From positions 133,858,001-133,922,000 of the forward strand of contig OZ024740.1 of assembly GCA_964016885.1 (NCBI GenBank): a stretch of 64,000 nt of DNA, in the 5' to 3' direction. Positions 1-13,684 of this stretch are shown one piece after another. Under the pieces are notes generated by a model, which did no database searches, was not told the origin of the DNA, and saw only the letters and a program-made list of their open reading frames with translations. Numbering within the stretch: the first letter of the stretch is position 1; each line of letters begins with the position of its first letter. Source of the DNA: Eledone cirrhosa (lineage: Eukaryota). The position numbers and the translations under genes were made by a program.

Positions 1-306
1 GAAAGGTTGTGAGCTCAATTCTCAGACCAGGTGATGTGTTGTTTCCTTGAGCAAGACACTTTATTTCACATTGCTCCAGTTTACTCAGCTGTAGAAATGA
101 TGATAGGGACTGGGTTCCCTATCATTCCACTGCAAAGTGGTCGTGGAGGTGCCACGGCATATAAGCACCCAGCACTCACTGTAAATGAGGTTGGTGTTAG
201 GAAGGGCATCCAGCTGTAGAAATCAAGCCAGAATCAGTTCCCGTCCCACCCTTGTAACAGGGAAAAACAGACGTAAAATGATGATGATGATGATGATGAT
301 GATGAT
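1..306 (+). mobile_element. tRNA-derived SINE (cephalopod-type), 5' end cut by window edge
   Basis: Box-B-like GTGAGCTCAATTC, body TTGAGCAAGACACTTTATTTCAC..., 3' part GGTGTTAGGAAGGGCATCCAGCTGTAG and (GAT)n tail; the same body occurs on the minus strand at about 54750-54895. Confidence 0.7.
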
Positions 307-335
307 ATATTTATATATATATATATATATATACA

Positions 336-379
<44 letters not shown>

Positions 380-750
380 TATATATATATACATACACAC
401 GCAAACAGATAGAGAAGTCAATGTCCAGAAGGGTTTTCATAATGCAGACATACAGAGACATATTATAAGGGCGCGACGTTATAGCTATGTATCTATGTTA
501 AAGGACAGACTAAAAAAGAGAGAAGAATGTCGTATAGCCGGAAGTGTTGACATTTGAAAATTTTAAAGAAGTGAATATTTAAATAATATCTTTAATCTTT
601 TAACAAAATTTAGTAGTCAAAAATGCCCTCAGTTTCTTACGTGGAAAAAGTTACATCTATGGTGTAAATTTGGTGCCGTCTGGCGAAATGTTTGTTACAT
701 ACATACAGCCGTCAGCTTTATAAGTATATATATATATATATATATATATA

Positions 751-1090
751 TCAAAATGAAAATCCGAAGGCAAGGTAAAATTCCAATCATTTAATCACGA
801 CACATGTTTCAATAAGAAATAGATCGATTGTGAAGCCATGATCGATTATCACTGATCTCATCAGGTGAAAATGAATTGTCTTCAAATTCTTCATATGAGG
901 GAGAAAAATAACGATGTTCTCTCACAGAATTCATTGCCTTCGGATTTTCATTTTGATACTTATACTCCGTTTTACATCATCTAGCTGTTCCCTTGAATGG
1001 AATTGGAGATATACAAAAGCGTGGAGAACATAATATTGCTAACATAAAGTTATTGGACCATTTTACTCAACCAATAATGCACCTTACTAT
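751..1090. mobile_element. Short PLE-derived module with 23-bp inverted repeat (751-773 / 934-956), between (TA)n arrays
   Basis: Perfect IR TCAAAATGAAAATCCGAAGGCAA; contains an HHR; flanked by (TA)n. Confidence 0.6.
786..874 (-). ncRNA. Type I hammerhead ribozyme
   Basis: Minus strand: tttcac-CUGAUGA-(47-nt stem II region)-GAAA-CAUGUG-UC/gtgattaaatga; GUC cleavage triplet at 801-799; palindromic ACAUGU in stem III. Confidence 0.75.
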
Positions 1091-1439
1091 ATATATATAT
1101 ATATTCTATACTGAATTATGCATTAATCAACCGAAGTACTTAAATTTGACCTGTACACACAGTACATGATTTTCAACGCAGCTGCATGTCAGCTTCCTTC
1201 AAATGTTATTAATCGACACTAAACTATTCTAGAAGCCACTTTGCTCATGTGCTACACTATAAGTCAAAACTTGAAAATTTTACTTCAAAAATAAATATTC
1301 TAACATAAAAGGTTAAGTATATGTGTGCGCATAAGGAATAGTTGAGGTAAATTCTCGGTTAGTAACAAGGCAGGAAGCAACCGGAGAAACTGACAAGTCT
1401 TGTTCTAAGCCAGTTCCCACTGAATTTCAGAGAGATGGG

Positions 1440-1690
1440 ATGGGATGAACCTCCCTCGGTGTCACCTATGAGTGTTTCAGTTCCTCGATCAACGGAACGA
1501 ACTGCTCATGAAATTAATGTGCAAGTAGCTGAGCGTTATCTTGACTTGGTTCAAATCCCACCGAGGTTAGCTTTGCCTTCCATCCTTACGGGGTCTATGA
1601 AATAAAGTACCAGTAATATGCTGTGATGGATTTAATTGACTTTTCTCTCCCCCAAAATTGTTGGCTTTGAGCCTAAATCAAAAACCATTC
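1440..1690 (+). mobile_element. SINE fragments (cephalopod-type)
   Basis: CCGAGGTTAGCTTTGCCTTCCATCCTTACGGGGTC...ATAAAGTACCAGT body shared with copies at about 38700, 45060, 54610 and 55460. Confidence 0.6.
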
Positions 1691-2124
1691 TCTTGACTTG
1701 GTTCACAAAATGAATCAGCATTACACAATGTGTGGCAATGCTAGCCGTTTGAAGTTTTGGTACAGACCATATGACTACCCGAGGCTATGGGAAATGACGC
1801 TTTCCTCATATGCCACGCAGTGGGATCGAACCCATGAGCTGATGATTGCATGCTACGTACAGTTCAATTGAGATAAAAGCTATATGTAGATTAAAAATTC
1901 CGTTTTATGTTATGATTGGGTTTACCTTATTACATCAACGTTACCTATTGGTAGTAGTATGACAAGCGTTAAAAATTCTCTTTACACAACTAAATCTCTA
2001 GTGTGGAGATGTAAAGAGAATATTCAATAGCTACTCCATGTTTAAAGTATATAATTTTACTTTGGTATTCTGATTATTTAATTTTCGGTCTGTTTTTGGC
2101 GCAAAAGCAGTGTATGTGTGTGTG

Positions 2125-2263
<139 letters not shown>

Positions 2264-2351
2264 GTGCAAATATATAAAAATATATACATATACATACAAA
2301 TATATATATAAGACCCCGCACTTTACCCTTAAATATATATATAGAGAGAGA

Positions 2352-2455
2352 GAGAGTGTCACCAAAAACTGTATACACACTTTCATTACCTGTACAGGCA
2401 ATAATTATTCGAATGTACAGCCTTTGTGTTTACATTTTTATGGGGGGGCACCCTG
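2352..2455. mobile_element. Tc1/mariner-type MITE
   Basis: Degenerate CAGGGTGTC...GGCACCCTG-TA termini; a related copy lies at 45517-45593. Confidence 0.5.
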
Positions 2456-3020
2456 TATATATGAGAAGAGTTTAAATTAATGCATGCAAGCTTTCACAGC
2501 TCTAAAATCACTCCTTCATAGTCAGCCTATGAACGTTTCCGTTCACTCTCGTATATGTGGATACCGATAGTAGTTTTGAATGTTAAACAGTTAAAGTAAA
2601 ATTTAAATGAAACATACTTACAGAAACTGGTAAATTCCTCCTCAGCTAAGTACTTATATCCTAGCGAGATTAGCTCATAGAATTTCATTTAAAGTGAAGT
2701 TTATGTTGTTGGTGTCGCTTGGGGGATACAGCCGGTTCAATTAGAGACGGCTGCTTCTGACAGAATCCGCTCACTGGAAGGCGTGCTTGAGGACTCTGCT
2801 CACATGACCATCGCAGGAATGAATGGGCAAAGAAGGAGAGACAGAAGACAAGATGTGTAAACCACACACATGTGTCAGTATTCAGTGTTCACGTCTCAGT
2901 GTTTGTGAAATATCTTTTGGTTGTTTAAGTTCGTGAAGAGAGTAAATGTTGTTTACCCTGTGTAATTCGAAATAAACTGTAAAATTGAGATGTGGTGTTG
3001 TTGGTAAATAAGTTGCAAAG

Positions 3021-3160
3021 TTATTCTATAGTTGCCATAGTTAGTTGGTAGTCAACAGCTGTTCTATAGTGGCTATAGGTAGCTGATGGTCAATAGCTGT
3101 TCTTTAATGGCTAAAGTTAGCCTGTGGTCAACAACTTGTCTATTGTGGCTATCGTGGTCA
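3021..3160. repeat. Minisatellite, about 38-bp unit x about 4
   Basis: TTCTATAGTGGCTATAGGTAGCTGATGGTCAATAGCTG-like units; a separate 26-29-bp x3 repeat follows at about 3235-3310. Confidence 0.7.
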
Positions 3161-3313
3161 GAATTACTTAAATATAACGCGAATTACTTCATTGACCACG
3201 CGGTTTGTTCGCAAAGCAGTCTATATGTCTGTTGAAAATCCACAGAGAAGAGGCGGTGTAGACAAAATCCACAGAGAAGAGGTGTAGACAAAAACCACAA
3301 AGAAGGGTGCGTA

Positions 3314-4115
3314 CAGTCACCTCTCCTGTTCATTATTTAGATGAACAGCATTGACATGCGCAGCCGGGTGGCAAGTGGTATCACGACTGGCGGGTGTAAA
3401 ATCAGTCGTCTGGAGTTTGCAGACGACATGGTGTTATTCAACTCGACGGAAGATGATCTTCGACTTGCGCTCGATAGGTTTGATCTGAGTGTTGCATGGC
3501 TGTAATGAAAATCAGTGGTAAAACAACTGTGACACTCGTCCTCTCAAGGATGCCTGCACAGTCCACCCTACATGTGAATCGAGTTCCACTGAAGAAGATA
3601 GAGAAGTTCAAGTATCTTGAGGACGTGTACACGAGTGATGGAAGGCAGGACGATGAATTAAGTGCAAGAATTGCAGGAGCTGGTGCAGTAATTCGCCAGT
3701 GTCAACATTCAGTAATTAGAAGAAGGGGGGTAGGCGTAAAGACCAAACTCGCTGTCTTCAATTCGGTTTTAATGCCAATCCTTACATATGGTCGTAAATC
3801 TTGGGTAATGACCGAAAGAATACGCTCGCAAATACAACCAGTCGAAATGGGATTCATCCGAAGGGGTTTGGTGTAACATTACTCGTGTGTAGCTCGGAAA
3901 TCAGAGAGTCAGTCCAGGTAGAAGCGCTACTTCTCCAAATTGAGAGATCACAGCTTCGATGCTATGAGCATGTGGTTATAATGTATCAGGATAGAATCTC
4001 TAGTCAGATTTTACGGACAAAACCAACAGATAAGAGACCCAGGTGTAGACCCCAAGCAAGATGGTTGGATAACATCCATGAGATTGGCTGGTCAGGCTTG
4101 GTGATCCAGCCGGAT
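3314..4115 (+). mobile_element. 5'-truncated RTE-clade LINE, RT C-terminal half (pseudogene)
   Basis: SPLLFII, LEFADDMVL, FKYLE, PILTYG..SW, SQLRCYEHV and KRPRCRPQARW motifs across frameshifts. Confidence 0.85.
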
Positions 4116-4140
4116 CTACATGTGGTTTTCGTCTACACCA

Positions 4141-4492
4141 AATTTCCTTATTTTTATACTGCGGCCATGGGGAATAGGCTAAAAAACGGTTTCATCAGAG
4201 TTTATTTTCATACGTTATCAACTTACATATAGATCAATTATACAGATGGCGAAAAGGATATATACAGAAAGAATTCCAAACAATGATTTAAAATAAGTCC
4301 TCAATTAATAAGTATACCTCACTGGAAGATCTGGATGTTTTACTAAGAGTTTTTCTATGTGCTTTAACAATCTAAAAAGTGAGAAAGCATCATCAAAAGT
4401 TTAGATGCAGTTGCTAAATTGTGTAATCAATAGTGAAATACGCTATGTTTTAGCCTATTCCCGATAGCCGCAGTATGAAAACATAAGAAAAT
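4141..4492. mobile_element. MITE-like element with about 50-bp imperfect terminal inverted repeats
   Basis: TACTGCGGCCATGGGGAATAGGCTAAAA vs TTTTAGCCTATTCCCGATAGCCGCAGTA. Confidence 0.5.
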
Positions 4493-4739
4493 TTTGATAA
4501 TAATGTTTTGGAAAAAACTTTTTCTTAAAAAAATTATAAAATTTCTGATTTTGTAACCACATCGTCGGGATGAAACTCAAACGGCTGAAATGTGTGTTAA
4601 TTTTATAGCATTTTGGCTCTTTAGTGTTTCTTAATCTTTATATATCAGTTCTCTGTAGAGCCCATTGCATCGAGATTTAAAACCTCTGGTAAAGTTTATA
4701 CCCAATAATAGCAACACTGTTATTATCATTAGTATTATA

Positions 4740-4869
<130 letters not shown>

Positions 4870-4885
4870 TGAAATAACAGATTAA

Positions 4886-4936
4886 AGTTTAAGCAAAGAA
4901 TCACTGCTTTCACTCTTAACGGGATCTTCTGAAACT
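4886..4936 (-). ncRNA. Hammerhead-like motif, variant core CAGAAGA (left pLTR)
   Basis: agttt-CAGAAGA-tcccgttaagagt-GAAA-gcag tgattct ttgc-UU/aaact. Confidence 0.5.
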
Positions 4937-5465
4937 GAAAAAAACAATCAGAATTAAATATTTCGAAAAACGTTGCAACCGAAGGAAAACAGGAAGACGA
5001 AACTTTGGTTCGTGAAGACGTTCCCTGGCAATCAACGGGAAAAAAAGCGAGGATAATACGTCGTTGAGTGGGGCGAATGGAACAAATACACGCAAAGACA
5101 AAACCACATTTATGGTATAAATGGAGTCATAGACTAATATTCTATTTAGGAAACTGAACGATTCTCGGCTTCGGAGTTAAGAATAATGTAAATAAATTAG
5201 GTGAACGAAAATGACAGAGGTTATTAAAATCATAAAAGTAATAATAATGAAATATATACATACACACATCTATATAGGTACATACACGTGCATACGCGAA
5301 AACACACGCCATGCATGCGAATACATGCACGTACACGTAAACACGCACACACATACGAAAGTATACACCAAATACACATATAAAATATGTGTGTATGTGT
5401 ATATACATATAATTATATAAACGTATATAGCGCACGCACACACATACCTACAGGTAAATACACAT

Positions 5466-6570
5466 ATGTTCCTTCTTTTCTCTATCAGGGAAGAATTCTC
5501 TAACGTGGGTGGTGGGTTGTACCGCGATGACGTTCTTTTGAACATCACAACAAAGTGCGGTCGCCGAGCTTGCGACAGGTTTAGAAAAGAACTCACAGCC
5601 TTCTTTAAAGGCTTCAACCCTCTATACAAGTTGAGGCCAACCTCTCGGTCGTAAACTACCTCGACGTTACCCTCAATTTTTTTCGAATGGCTTGCACTAC
5701 CCGAATACAAAGCCGAATGATACGCTTAATTACATCAGTAAGCATTCTAACCATCCTGCCATCATAATCAAGAACCTGGTAAGAAACGTTTCTCTGCTGC
5801 TATCTACAAACGAGCATAATTTCTCCGACCATTCCACATATTACAATGAAGTTCCTGCTCGGAGTGGATTTGTCGATAAGGTAGCATATACTAAGTATGA
5901 GCATAAACCTAGGAAAAATAGATCCTGACGCATTATATCGTATAACCCACCATATAATATGGAGGTGGCCACACCATTAGCTAAGATATTTCTCTCCCTT
6001 ATTAAGAAGCATTTCCCCTCAGCACATAAATATAATAACATTTTTAATAGAAATACCATTAAAATAACTTACTCCACGACACCTAACTTCGCACATAACA
6101 TCACTGCTTCAAATTTAGCTAAATTACCTAGCCGTAGGAACATGTGCAAGCCTGTAGCTAGTACTAACTGTAATTGTAGGAATCGGGTTTACTGCCCTCA
6201 TCCGGGAAATGCCTCTCCAGTAACATTTTCTACAAATGTAAGATCGAAACACCCACGTCTAGTAGGGCCTACATAGGGTTAATTGCCAAGATATTCAAGC
6301 AGCGTCTTTACATGCACACCCATTTTTTCTTAACCATTTAAGAAGGAATATGACGTCACTTTCAGCTTATATCTGGAGTCTAAAAGACAACAACACCCAA
6401 TATAGGTTACACTGGGAGATCCTAGCTAAAGCTAAATCGTATAACGGAAAAAAAGACCATGCGATCTTTGCGTCGCTGAAGCCCTGGAAACACTCTACGC
6501 CAATGATCACATCTTAAACAAAAAGTCTGAGACAATTTCGGCTTGGTAACACAAATTGCATAAAACTTTC
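5466..6570 (+). pseudogene. PLE RT (GLYRDD) plus GIY-YIG endonuclease remnant
   Basis: GLYRDD, VVNYLDVTLN, KPN..NYISKHSNHP, SYNPPYN, KHFP..HKY..IFNRNT.KITYS, CNCR...CP, IFY...YIG, CDLC..E and LNKKSE motifs, with frameshifts and stops. Confidence 0.85.
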
Positions 6571-7474
6571 CTGTATTACAGCCCGACGTTATACCCGAAC
6601 GGATAGTACGAACAATACGCGGATAAATTACGTCTTGATGTGGTAGCTAAGTATATTTTATGTTTATACCATTACTTATTTGTATAGGTAAGTATACCTT
6701 ACCTGTTTGTTTTGTGGGGGTACGTATAGTTTATCGTACGTATATATGCTTGTATTTGTTATAGGTGTACATATTATATATATTGGTATGTGTGTATATG
6801 GTTATGTGTATATATATGTATTTCGTTTTGTAGTGCGTATGCGTATATGCGTGTTTGCACGTATGTATGGTGTGTATATGTGTACATTGAGTTTTGGTAT
6901 ATGGACATTTGGTGAACATATGTGTATTTACTTGTAGGTATGTGCGTGCGAGTGTTATATACGTTTATATAATTATATGTATATATACACAAACACACAC
7001 ATATTTTATATGTGTATTTGATGTATACGTTCGTATGTGTGTGCGTGTTTACGTGTACGTGCATGTATTTGCATGCATGGCGTGTGTTTCGCGTATTGCA
7101 CGTGTATGTATGTATATAGATGTGTGTATGTATATATATTTAATTATTATTACTTTTATGATTTTAATAACCTCTGTCATTTTCGTTCAACTAATTTATT
7201 TACATTATTCTTAACTCCGAAGCCGAGAATCTATTGGTTTCCTAAATAGAATATTAGTCTATGACTCCATTTATACCATAAAGGTGTGTATTTATTCTAT
7301 TCGCCCCACTTTGCGTGTATTTGTTCTATTCGCCCCACTTAACGACGATTTAGTTTCCGTTCAATCCGTTCATTTCAAGGAACGTCTTCACGAACCAAAG
7401 TATCGTCTTCCTGTTTTCTTTCAATGCAACGTTCTTCAAAATATTTACTTCTGCGTTAATAGATTGATTTTTTT

Positions 7475-7525
7475 AGTTTCAGAAGATCTCGTTAAGGTTG
7501 AAAGCAGCGATTCTTTACTTAAACT
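7475..7525 (+). ncRNA. Hammerhead-like motif, variant core CAGAAGA (right pLTR)
   Basis: agttt-CAGAAGA-tctcgttaaggtt-GAAA-gcagcgattctttac-UU/aaact. Confidence 0.45.
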
Positions 7526-7609
7526 TTACTCTGTTATTTTAATAAATATCTGCTCTAGGGTTCTTATATATGTGATATATATTTATCCTCTTTGGATTTT
7601 AGTCTTCAC

Positions 7610-7611
<2 letters not shown>

Positions 7612-7688
<77 letters not shown>
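7612..7688. repeat. (TTA)n microsatellite at the 3' end of the R4/Dong LINE
   Basis: Directly visible array. Confidence 0.95.
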
Positions 7689-10600
7689 GTTCTTTGAGTC
7701 TCAGTCATTGATGTTATTTTACTGGACACTTTGTTGAAATGAATATCAAGCCACTACCTGCTGCCTCAGATATTCAGGACGTATCGGAAGGTTCTTGCTG
7801 TTCCCAGCAAGCATGCCTTTTGCAGTGTTCCAAAAAGCGGGGCGGGGCCAATTTTCTTTAACCATCCTTGGAAACTCTTTGAGATAGTACGACCACTATT
7901 ACATCATGGCAGTTCCAAATCCTTTTTACCTCCCACTTTAAGTCTTGGTAATTTTCCCCCTCTCCTTCTCTTGCACTCTTGTGTCGAATGGGCAGGCCAC
8001 ATCCACAATCAGGCACGATCTTTTTTCTTTGTCCAAAACCACTAGGTCAGGTCTATTGTGTTCCAGTTTCTTGTCCGTCGGTATCCTAAAATCCCACAGC
8101 ACCTTCACCTGATCGTTTTCTATCACCACCTCTGGCTTATGCTCATACCACTTCTCAGAATGTGGTAAATTGTTTACTTTGCATAGGTGGCAGTGGATCA
8201 CCCTGCCCATCACATCATGTCTCCAGCTCTTATAGTGAGTCAGGGCTAGGTGTTTACACTCGGATACAATGTGAGCCACAGTCTCCTCTCTCTCTCCACA
8301 GATCCTGCACAGTGGGCTAGCCTCCTCCTTGTAAATGTGGTGTTTCAACCACTTCGTTTTGAGGGCCTGCTCTTGCGCAGCCATTAACATTCCTTCTGTA
8401 GCCTTTTTAAGGTCTCCTCTTTTCAACCAGTTCCATGTCTGTGGATCTCTAAATTCAGTTTTCTCAAAGAAGGTACTATGAAGGGATTTTTCCTGAAGGC
8501 TGCTCTTTCTCCTTGATGTTATTTCCTCCTTGGACATCCCCTGGCCTATTGTTCCCTCCTTCAGTACAGTTCTGAGCATTGGCTCCTTACTATCAGTCAC
8601 GTATTTGTGTAGGTTGTTTTTCTCCATCTGAACACAGTCCTCTATGCTGATAAGACCTCTTCCACCCTCAGATCTCCTTAAGTAGAGTCTATCGACATCA
8701 CTCCTCTTGTGGAACATGTTGTAGATAGTCAATAGCTTACTAGTCTTCCTATCCATTTCTTTTTGTTCAGCAACATTCCATCTCAGAATTCCCGCACTGT
8801 ACCTAATAATAGACACAGCTCGGGAATTTACTGCGCTTATGGCATTTCTGCTGTTCAGATGTGACTTCAATACGCTCCTTATTCTCCTAATGTATTCAGT
8901 TCTTAACAATTCCTTCATTTTTTTGTTCTTTATGCCATCAGCCTCCAGAACGCCCAAATACTTGTATCCTTCCTCAGAGTCAATTTCCTTTATCATCTCA
9001 CCTGTTGGTATCTGGATCCCGTTACTTCTGCTCAACCTACCCCTCCTCATCACAATGACTCCACATTTACTAATACCAAACTGCATACATATATCACTGC
9101 TGAAAATACGGACAGTGTCAACAAGCACATCCAACTCCTTCTCACTTTTCCCGAAGAGCTTAAGATCGTCCATGAAGAGGAGGTGATTGATGGTAAGCTC
9201 TCCCTTTCCCAACTTGTATCCTGCTCTCACTTTTCACAGCATAATGGTCAAGGGCATCAGGGCAAGGACAAACAACAGAGGGGACAGGCTATCTCCCTGG
9301 AAGATACCTCACTTGATCTTCACGCTTCCCAAGGATACTCCAGTTGATGTCAACTCTGTCTCCCAGGACCCCATACTCCTGCCCAGCAACTGTCTGATGT
9401 TATCTGCCACCCTGAAGATCTCCAGGCTTTTGGTGATCCAAGAATGAGGCACCATGTCAAATGCCTTTCTGTAGTCTATCCATCCCATGGCAAGATCAGT
9501 GTGTCTCCTCTTGCAAATCCTCATTACCATCTTATCAATAAGTAACTGGTCCTTTGTACCACGTGACTTCTTTCGGTCTTTTATTATCAGAACTGTGGTA
9601 CCTTTTGTCAACCACTCTGGCACCTCACCCGACACCAAGCAGTCATTGAACATGGCCGTCAGCTTCGGGTGGAGGGATGTTAAATTTTTAATCCAATACC
9701 CCTGCACACCATCTGGGCCTGGTGATTTCCAGTTGGTTAGTTTTTTGGCCTGCCCCTTAAGAGTTTCAACTGTGATACTCAAATCAGTTTGTTGGTGTGC
9801 CTGCTCACCGATCTCCCTCTGTACTGTCTCAACCCACCCTGCCTGGACATTATGTCTAACATCCTGCTCCCATATTCCTCTCCAGAATGTTTTAGTTTGC
9901 TCCGCCCCAGGGATCAAGTCGTTGCCTCTTTCTTTCCCCTCAAGCTGTCCAAACAGCATCTTCTGGTTGTACTGACTGACTCTGTTCTCGTATCGCCTGA
10001 TTTTTGCACTCTTTGCTACAATGCGTTGCTTCAGTTCCTCTATGATAATATTTAGCTTTTTCCTCCTAGTTTTGTACTTTATTTCCAGTCTATTTTTAGT
10101 GCCTATGTTTTTTAGTGTCCCATTCAGTAGTGACTCAAGCTTTCCTATGTCATTTCTCATTTCCCCGATTTGACCACTCAGTCGTTTCTTCCACCACGGC
10201 TCTGCTCTTTCTTGTCTGTTGTTTCCTCTCGCTTTTATACCAAGTAGTTTCCTCACCGTATTTGTTGTTGCTTTGAGGATATTGTTGCACTGGTGAAGGC
10301 TCCTCGCCTCAAGGTATTGGATGACTTTGTTTACCTTAGCTGTTGTTTCTTTTAACTTTTTCCTGTCTACAAATCTTAGGTTCATAGGTCTCCCACTATC
10401 ATTGTTCAATTCATCTACCACTAAATTTAGGATGTCAACCGAATCTTGTCCTAGCCCGTCAGCATTCATCTCCTCAGTGGCCGTATCTCTGTTCCAGGTA
10501 TTATTTATCTCAGTATTTAGATCATTGTCTGCTTCGGGTGGTTCCTCCGTTCTCAGGACCTCTTCACCTTCATTTCCCACTGGCTCGCTTGTCTGGCATA

Positions 10601-11030
10601 CTACACCCGCCATCTCCAAGCCATTCTCTCTGCTCAGTTCCTCCAGTTCCAGCTCGCTTATCCACCCATTAGTTCTTATTACCCGAGCCTGCCTGGCCAA
10701 TTTTTGTTCATCTAATTTAAATAGACCAATCTAGTTCCAGATGTTATGCATCCGTCTCCTGTAGCACCTCTCGTTGGGGTTACTTTTCAGGTAACATTGC
10801 ATAACAGTTCTATTCAATTCTTTAGTCCAGTTGGTTCTGGCTCCTTTCCTTCTTCTTCTTCCTCCAACATCAGCAGTATTTGGTTGACAGTCAGGTTCCT
10901 GCTGCTGAGCCAGGGGGCACCTGTTGGGTGAGAGTCTGTCACATGACGTTCTAGTCTCCATTTCACCGTTATTCGAACTGTTTATGTTCGATATTTAAAC
11001 ACTCTTATCGAGGATTGGCGAATGTATGGT
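7689..11030 (-). mobile_element. R4/Dong-clade non-LTR retrotransposon (RT + CCHC + REL endonuclease), inactivated
   Basis: WKSPGPDG, WIDYRKAFDMVPH, HLLFMDDLKL, YKYLG, RLYL.RSEGGRGL, CRIC...ETVAHIVSEC, RHD, LWDF, RPDLVV and DVACPFD motifs; stop codon at 7766-7768; ends in (TAA)n, the known Dong target; 5' boundary uncertain. Confidence 0.9.
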
Positions 11031-12034
11031 TACATAGCCATCTGTGGATTCGCCGTTCCATTTGGCTCTTGTGTGGAATTATCACCACGCTGTATACGAA
11101 CACACATAAACAAACAAACACACAGGCAGAAAGGGCCCCAAAAATGAATAAGCATAAGTTTCATTGTAATGTAGTGTTCGAATGTCTGACTTAGATTTTG
11201 TTTTTTTAGTTTTAGTTTTTCCCCCCTCTTCTCTGTCCGTCCGCCTGCTTCTCTCTTCATTCTTATTTTCTTTACGTTTTTATTTTTTTTTTTTTTTTTT
11301 TTCTCTGTTTGTTTTTCTCGTTTTTTGCTGTTGTTGCTGTGCTGCTTTGGTTTTGTTGTTTGTTTTTTCTTTTTTCTTTTGAGTCTATCTATATATTTTG
11401 ATGCCTTCCTCTTTTTTAGTAGTAGGAATTCTATAATGTGGTGGCAGCAGCCAGCTAGAGTAGAAGTGGGAGACTGGCGGCGGTAGCGATACTGAGACAG
11501 TGGTGGTGGTGATGTCGATACCGAGGCAGCGGTGGTGTTGATGTGATCGTATTACTGTAGTGATGGTGTTGTAGCGGTGGTAGCAGTGAAGGAGTGAAGG
11601 AGTGGTGGCGGTGGTGATGGGATAGTGGTGGTAATGATGGCAGTAGTGAGCGGTGGTGGTGAAATTGCCGTTATCTGGCTGTTGTGTTTAGTGTACACAG
11701 GTGATGAGGTGGGTGGTGTATCTAGTTTCTGGTGTTGGTGAGTTTGGCTGTTCTATATAGTGTAGACAGAGGAGAGGAGGGGGGGGGGGGTTCTTCTTCC
11801 ATTTATAGCCATTTTCTTTTTTGGATATACAGTGTACAATACAAAGTTGAATATTTGAATATTTGAGCCTTATAACAATATATTTTGGGTCCGAATTTTT
11901 TTGGGCTCAAGCCGGGTGCTTTACGTAGCATTTGTACTAAGAGTTGTTATTTCACAAATGATTTAAATATGTTAAAAATTCAAAACTTACGGGAGCGATT
12001 TCATGACCTCCGCCACCTCGTGCGTCTTCTTCCC

Positions 12035-12086
<52 letters not shown>

Positions 12087-12101
12087 ATTATTATTATTAT
12101 T
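12035..12101. repeat. (TAT)n microsatellite
   Basis: Directly visible array. Confidence 0.95.
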
Positions 12102-12371
12102 ACTATATATATATATATTTATATATATTGTTATACTTTAGGAGGGTCATAATGCCAATGAAAACACCACAGCCACCTGTTGGTTTTTCATTTCAATTCA
12201 TCATAAATTTCCAGTTGGTTGATTCAATAACCAGATGCTTGTTTATATATTATCAAAGCTCTTTCGTCACAAATTCTGATGCATCCTCATTGACAGATTT
12301 CTTATTGTATGTCTCATCTTTGTTCTGTCCTACACCATTTTGTTTGATGGTGTATGACAGAACGAAGGAGA

Positions 12372-12469
<98 letters not shown>

Positions 12470-12532
12470 TAGAACACTGGAAGGTAATATCCGTAGTGGT
12501 ATAGCACTCAGTCCATGGGACGAGTTTGGTAG

Positions 12533-12745
<213 letters not shown>

Positions 12746-12778
12746 CAGTAATCAAAGTTCAGTTTAAGTCATTTATTT

Positions 12779-12823
12779 GCTTACAATTGTTTCCTCCAAA
12801 CCGAGGTTTGGATTCTTCGGAGC
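12779..12823 (-). ncRNA. Hammerhead motif, variant core CCGAAGA
   Basis: gct-CCGAAGA-a tccaaac ctcg gtttgga g-GAAA-CAAUUG-UA/agc; same family as 53825 and 54251. Confidence 0.65.
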
Positions 12824-13295
12824 AGTTATTTATAACATACTTGACCTCCTTTTCAACCCAAGAGACACATAAAACATATGTGCATATTGATCAACAGTGT
12901 GACATTCATCAAATGAAATAGCATGGCAATTTACATATAAAGTGTTACATGATAAAAATAAAATAAAATAAAAGCAAGAGTGAAAATAAAGATAAACATG
13001 AAGCGTTGGCAGTCTATGAAGATAAAGCAAGAGTAAAGCTTAGAGTAGTCAGTGCATGAAGCAATCTCCCGTGTAGCATGCACGCTTGTCTTATCTATAC
13101 ATGATTAGAGTGCGTCAGAATGATATTTGCAGGGTCATGCAGTTGAAGCAGGCAATTGATCTTATAATATATGCTGAATTATTAAGTAATAGGATAGTAA
13201 TTAAAGACTATCTCTCACTATTTAGGGTTTGTGTATATATAATATATTACCATCAAAGGTTTTATTGCATACATAACCATAAATAGTACCCTTAA

Positions 13296-13405
<110 letters not shown>

Positions 13406-13415
13406 GTATAGTTTT

Positions 13416-13640
13416 AATATAGATGAGATTCTACAGGACTAGAACTGTTTTATTCTTTAGAAATCATCAGGAATCTGAAATCATCAGAAATCATCAGAAA
13501 TCATCAGAGATTCTTGATGATTTCTAAAGAATGAAACAGTTCTAGTCCTGTAGAATCTCATCTATATTGACACTTGTATACTCTGCTATGTATTGAGTAC
13601 CTTACTTACTGTGGTTACCTCCGATTCAACCCGGAATAAC
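13416..13640 (+). mobile_element. Fold-back pLTR fragment with two HHR copies (13427-13475 minus, 13509-13557 plus) and a tail
   Basis: Consensus gattc-CUGAUGA-tttctaaagaat-GAAA-cag ttctagtc ctg-UA/gaatc; each arm has one core mutation; same family as 61484 and 63500. Confidence 0.75.

Positions 13641-13684
<44 letters not shown>

Noticed and set aside
3021-3310. CRISPR-like array
   Set aside because: Head-to-tail minisatellites without unique spacers, in a eukaryotic context
5926-5928. In-frame TGA in the Naiad-like ORF as a selenocysteine codon (some Naiads encode selenoproteins)
   Set aside because: It falls in the basic R/K run before the NPPY motif and is best explained as CGA to TGA decay; the ORF has other lesions and I found no SECIS
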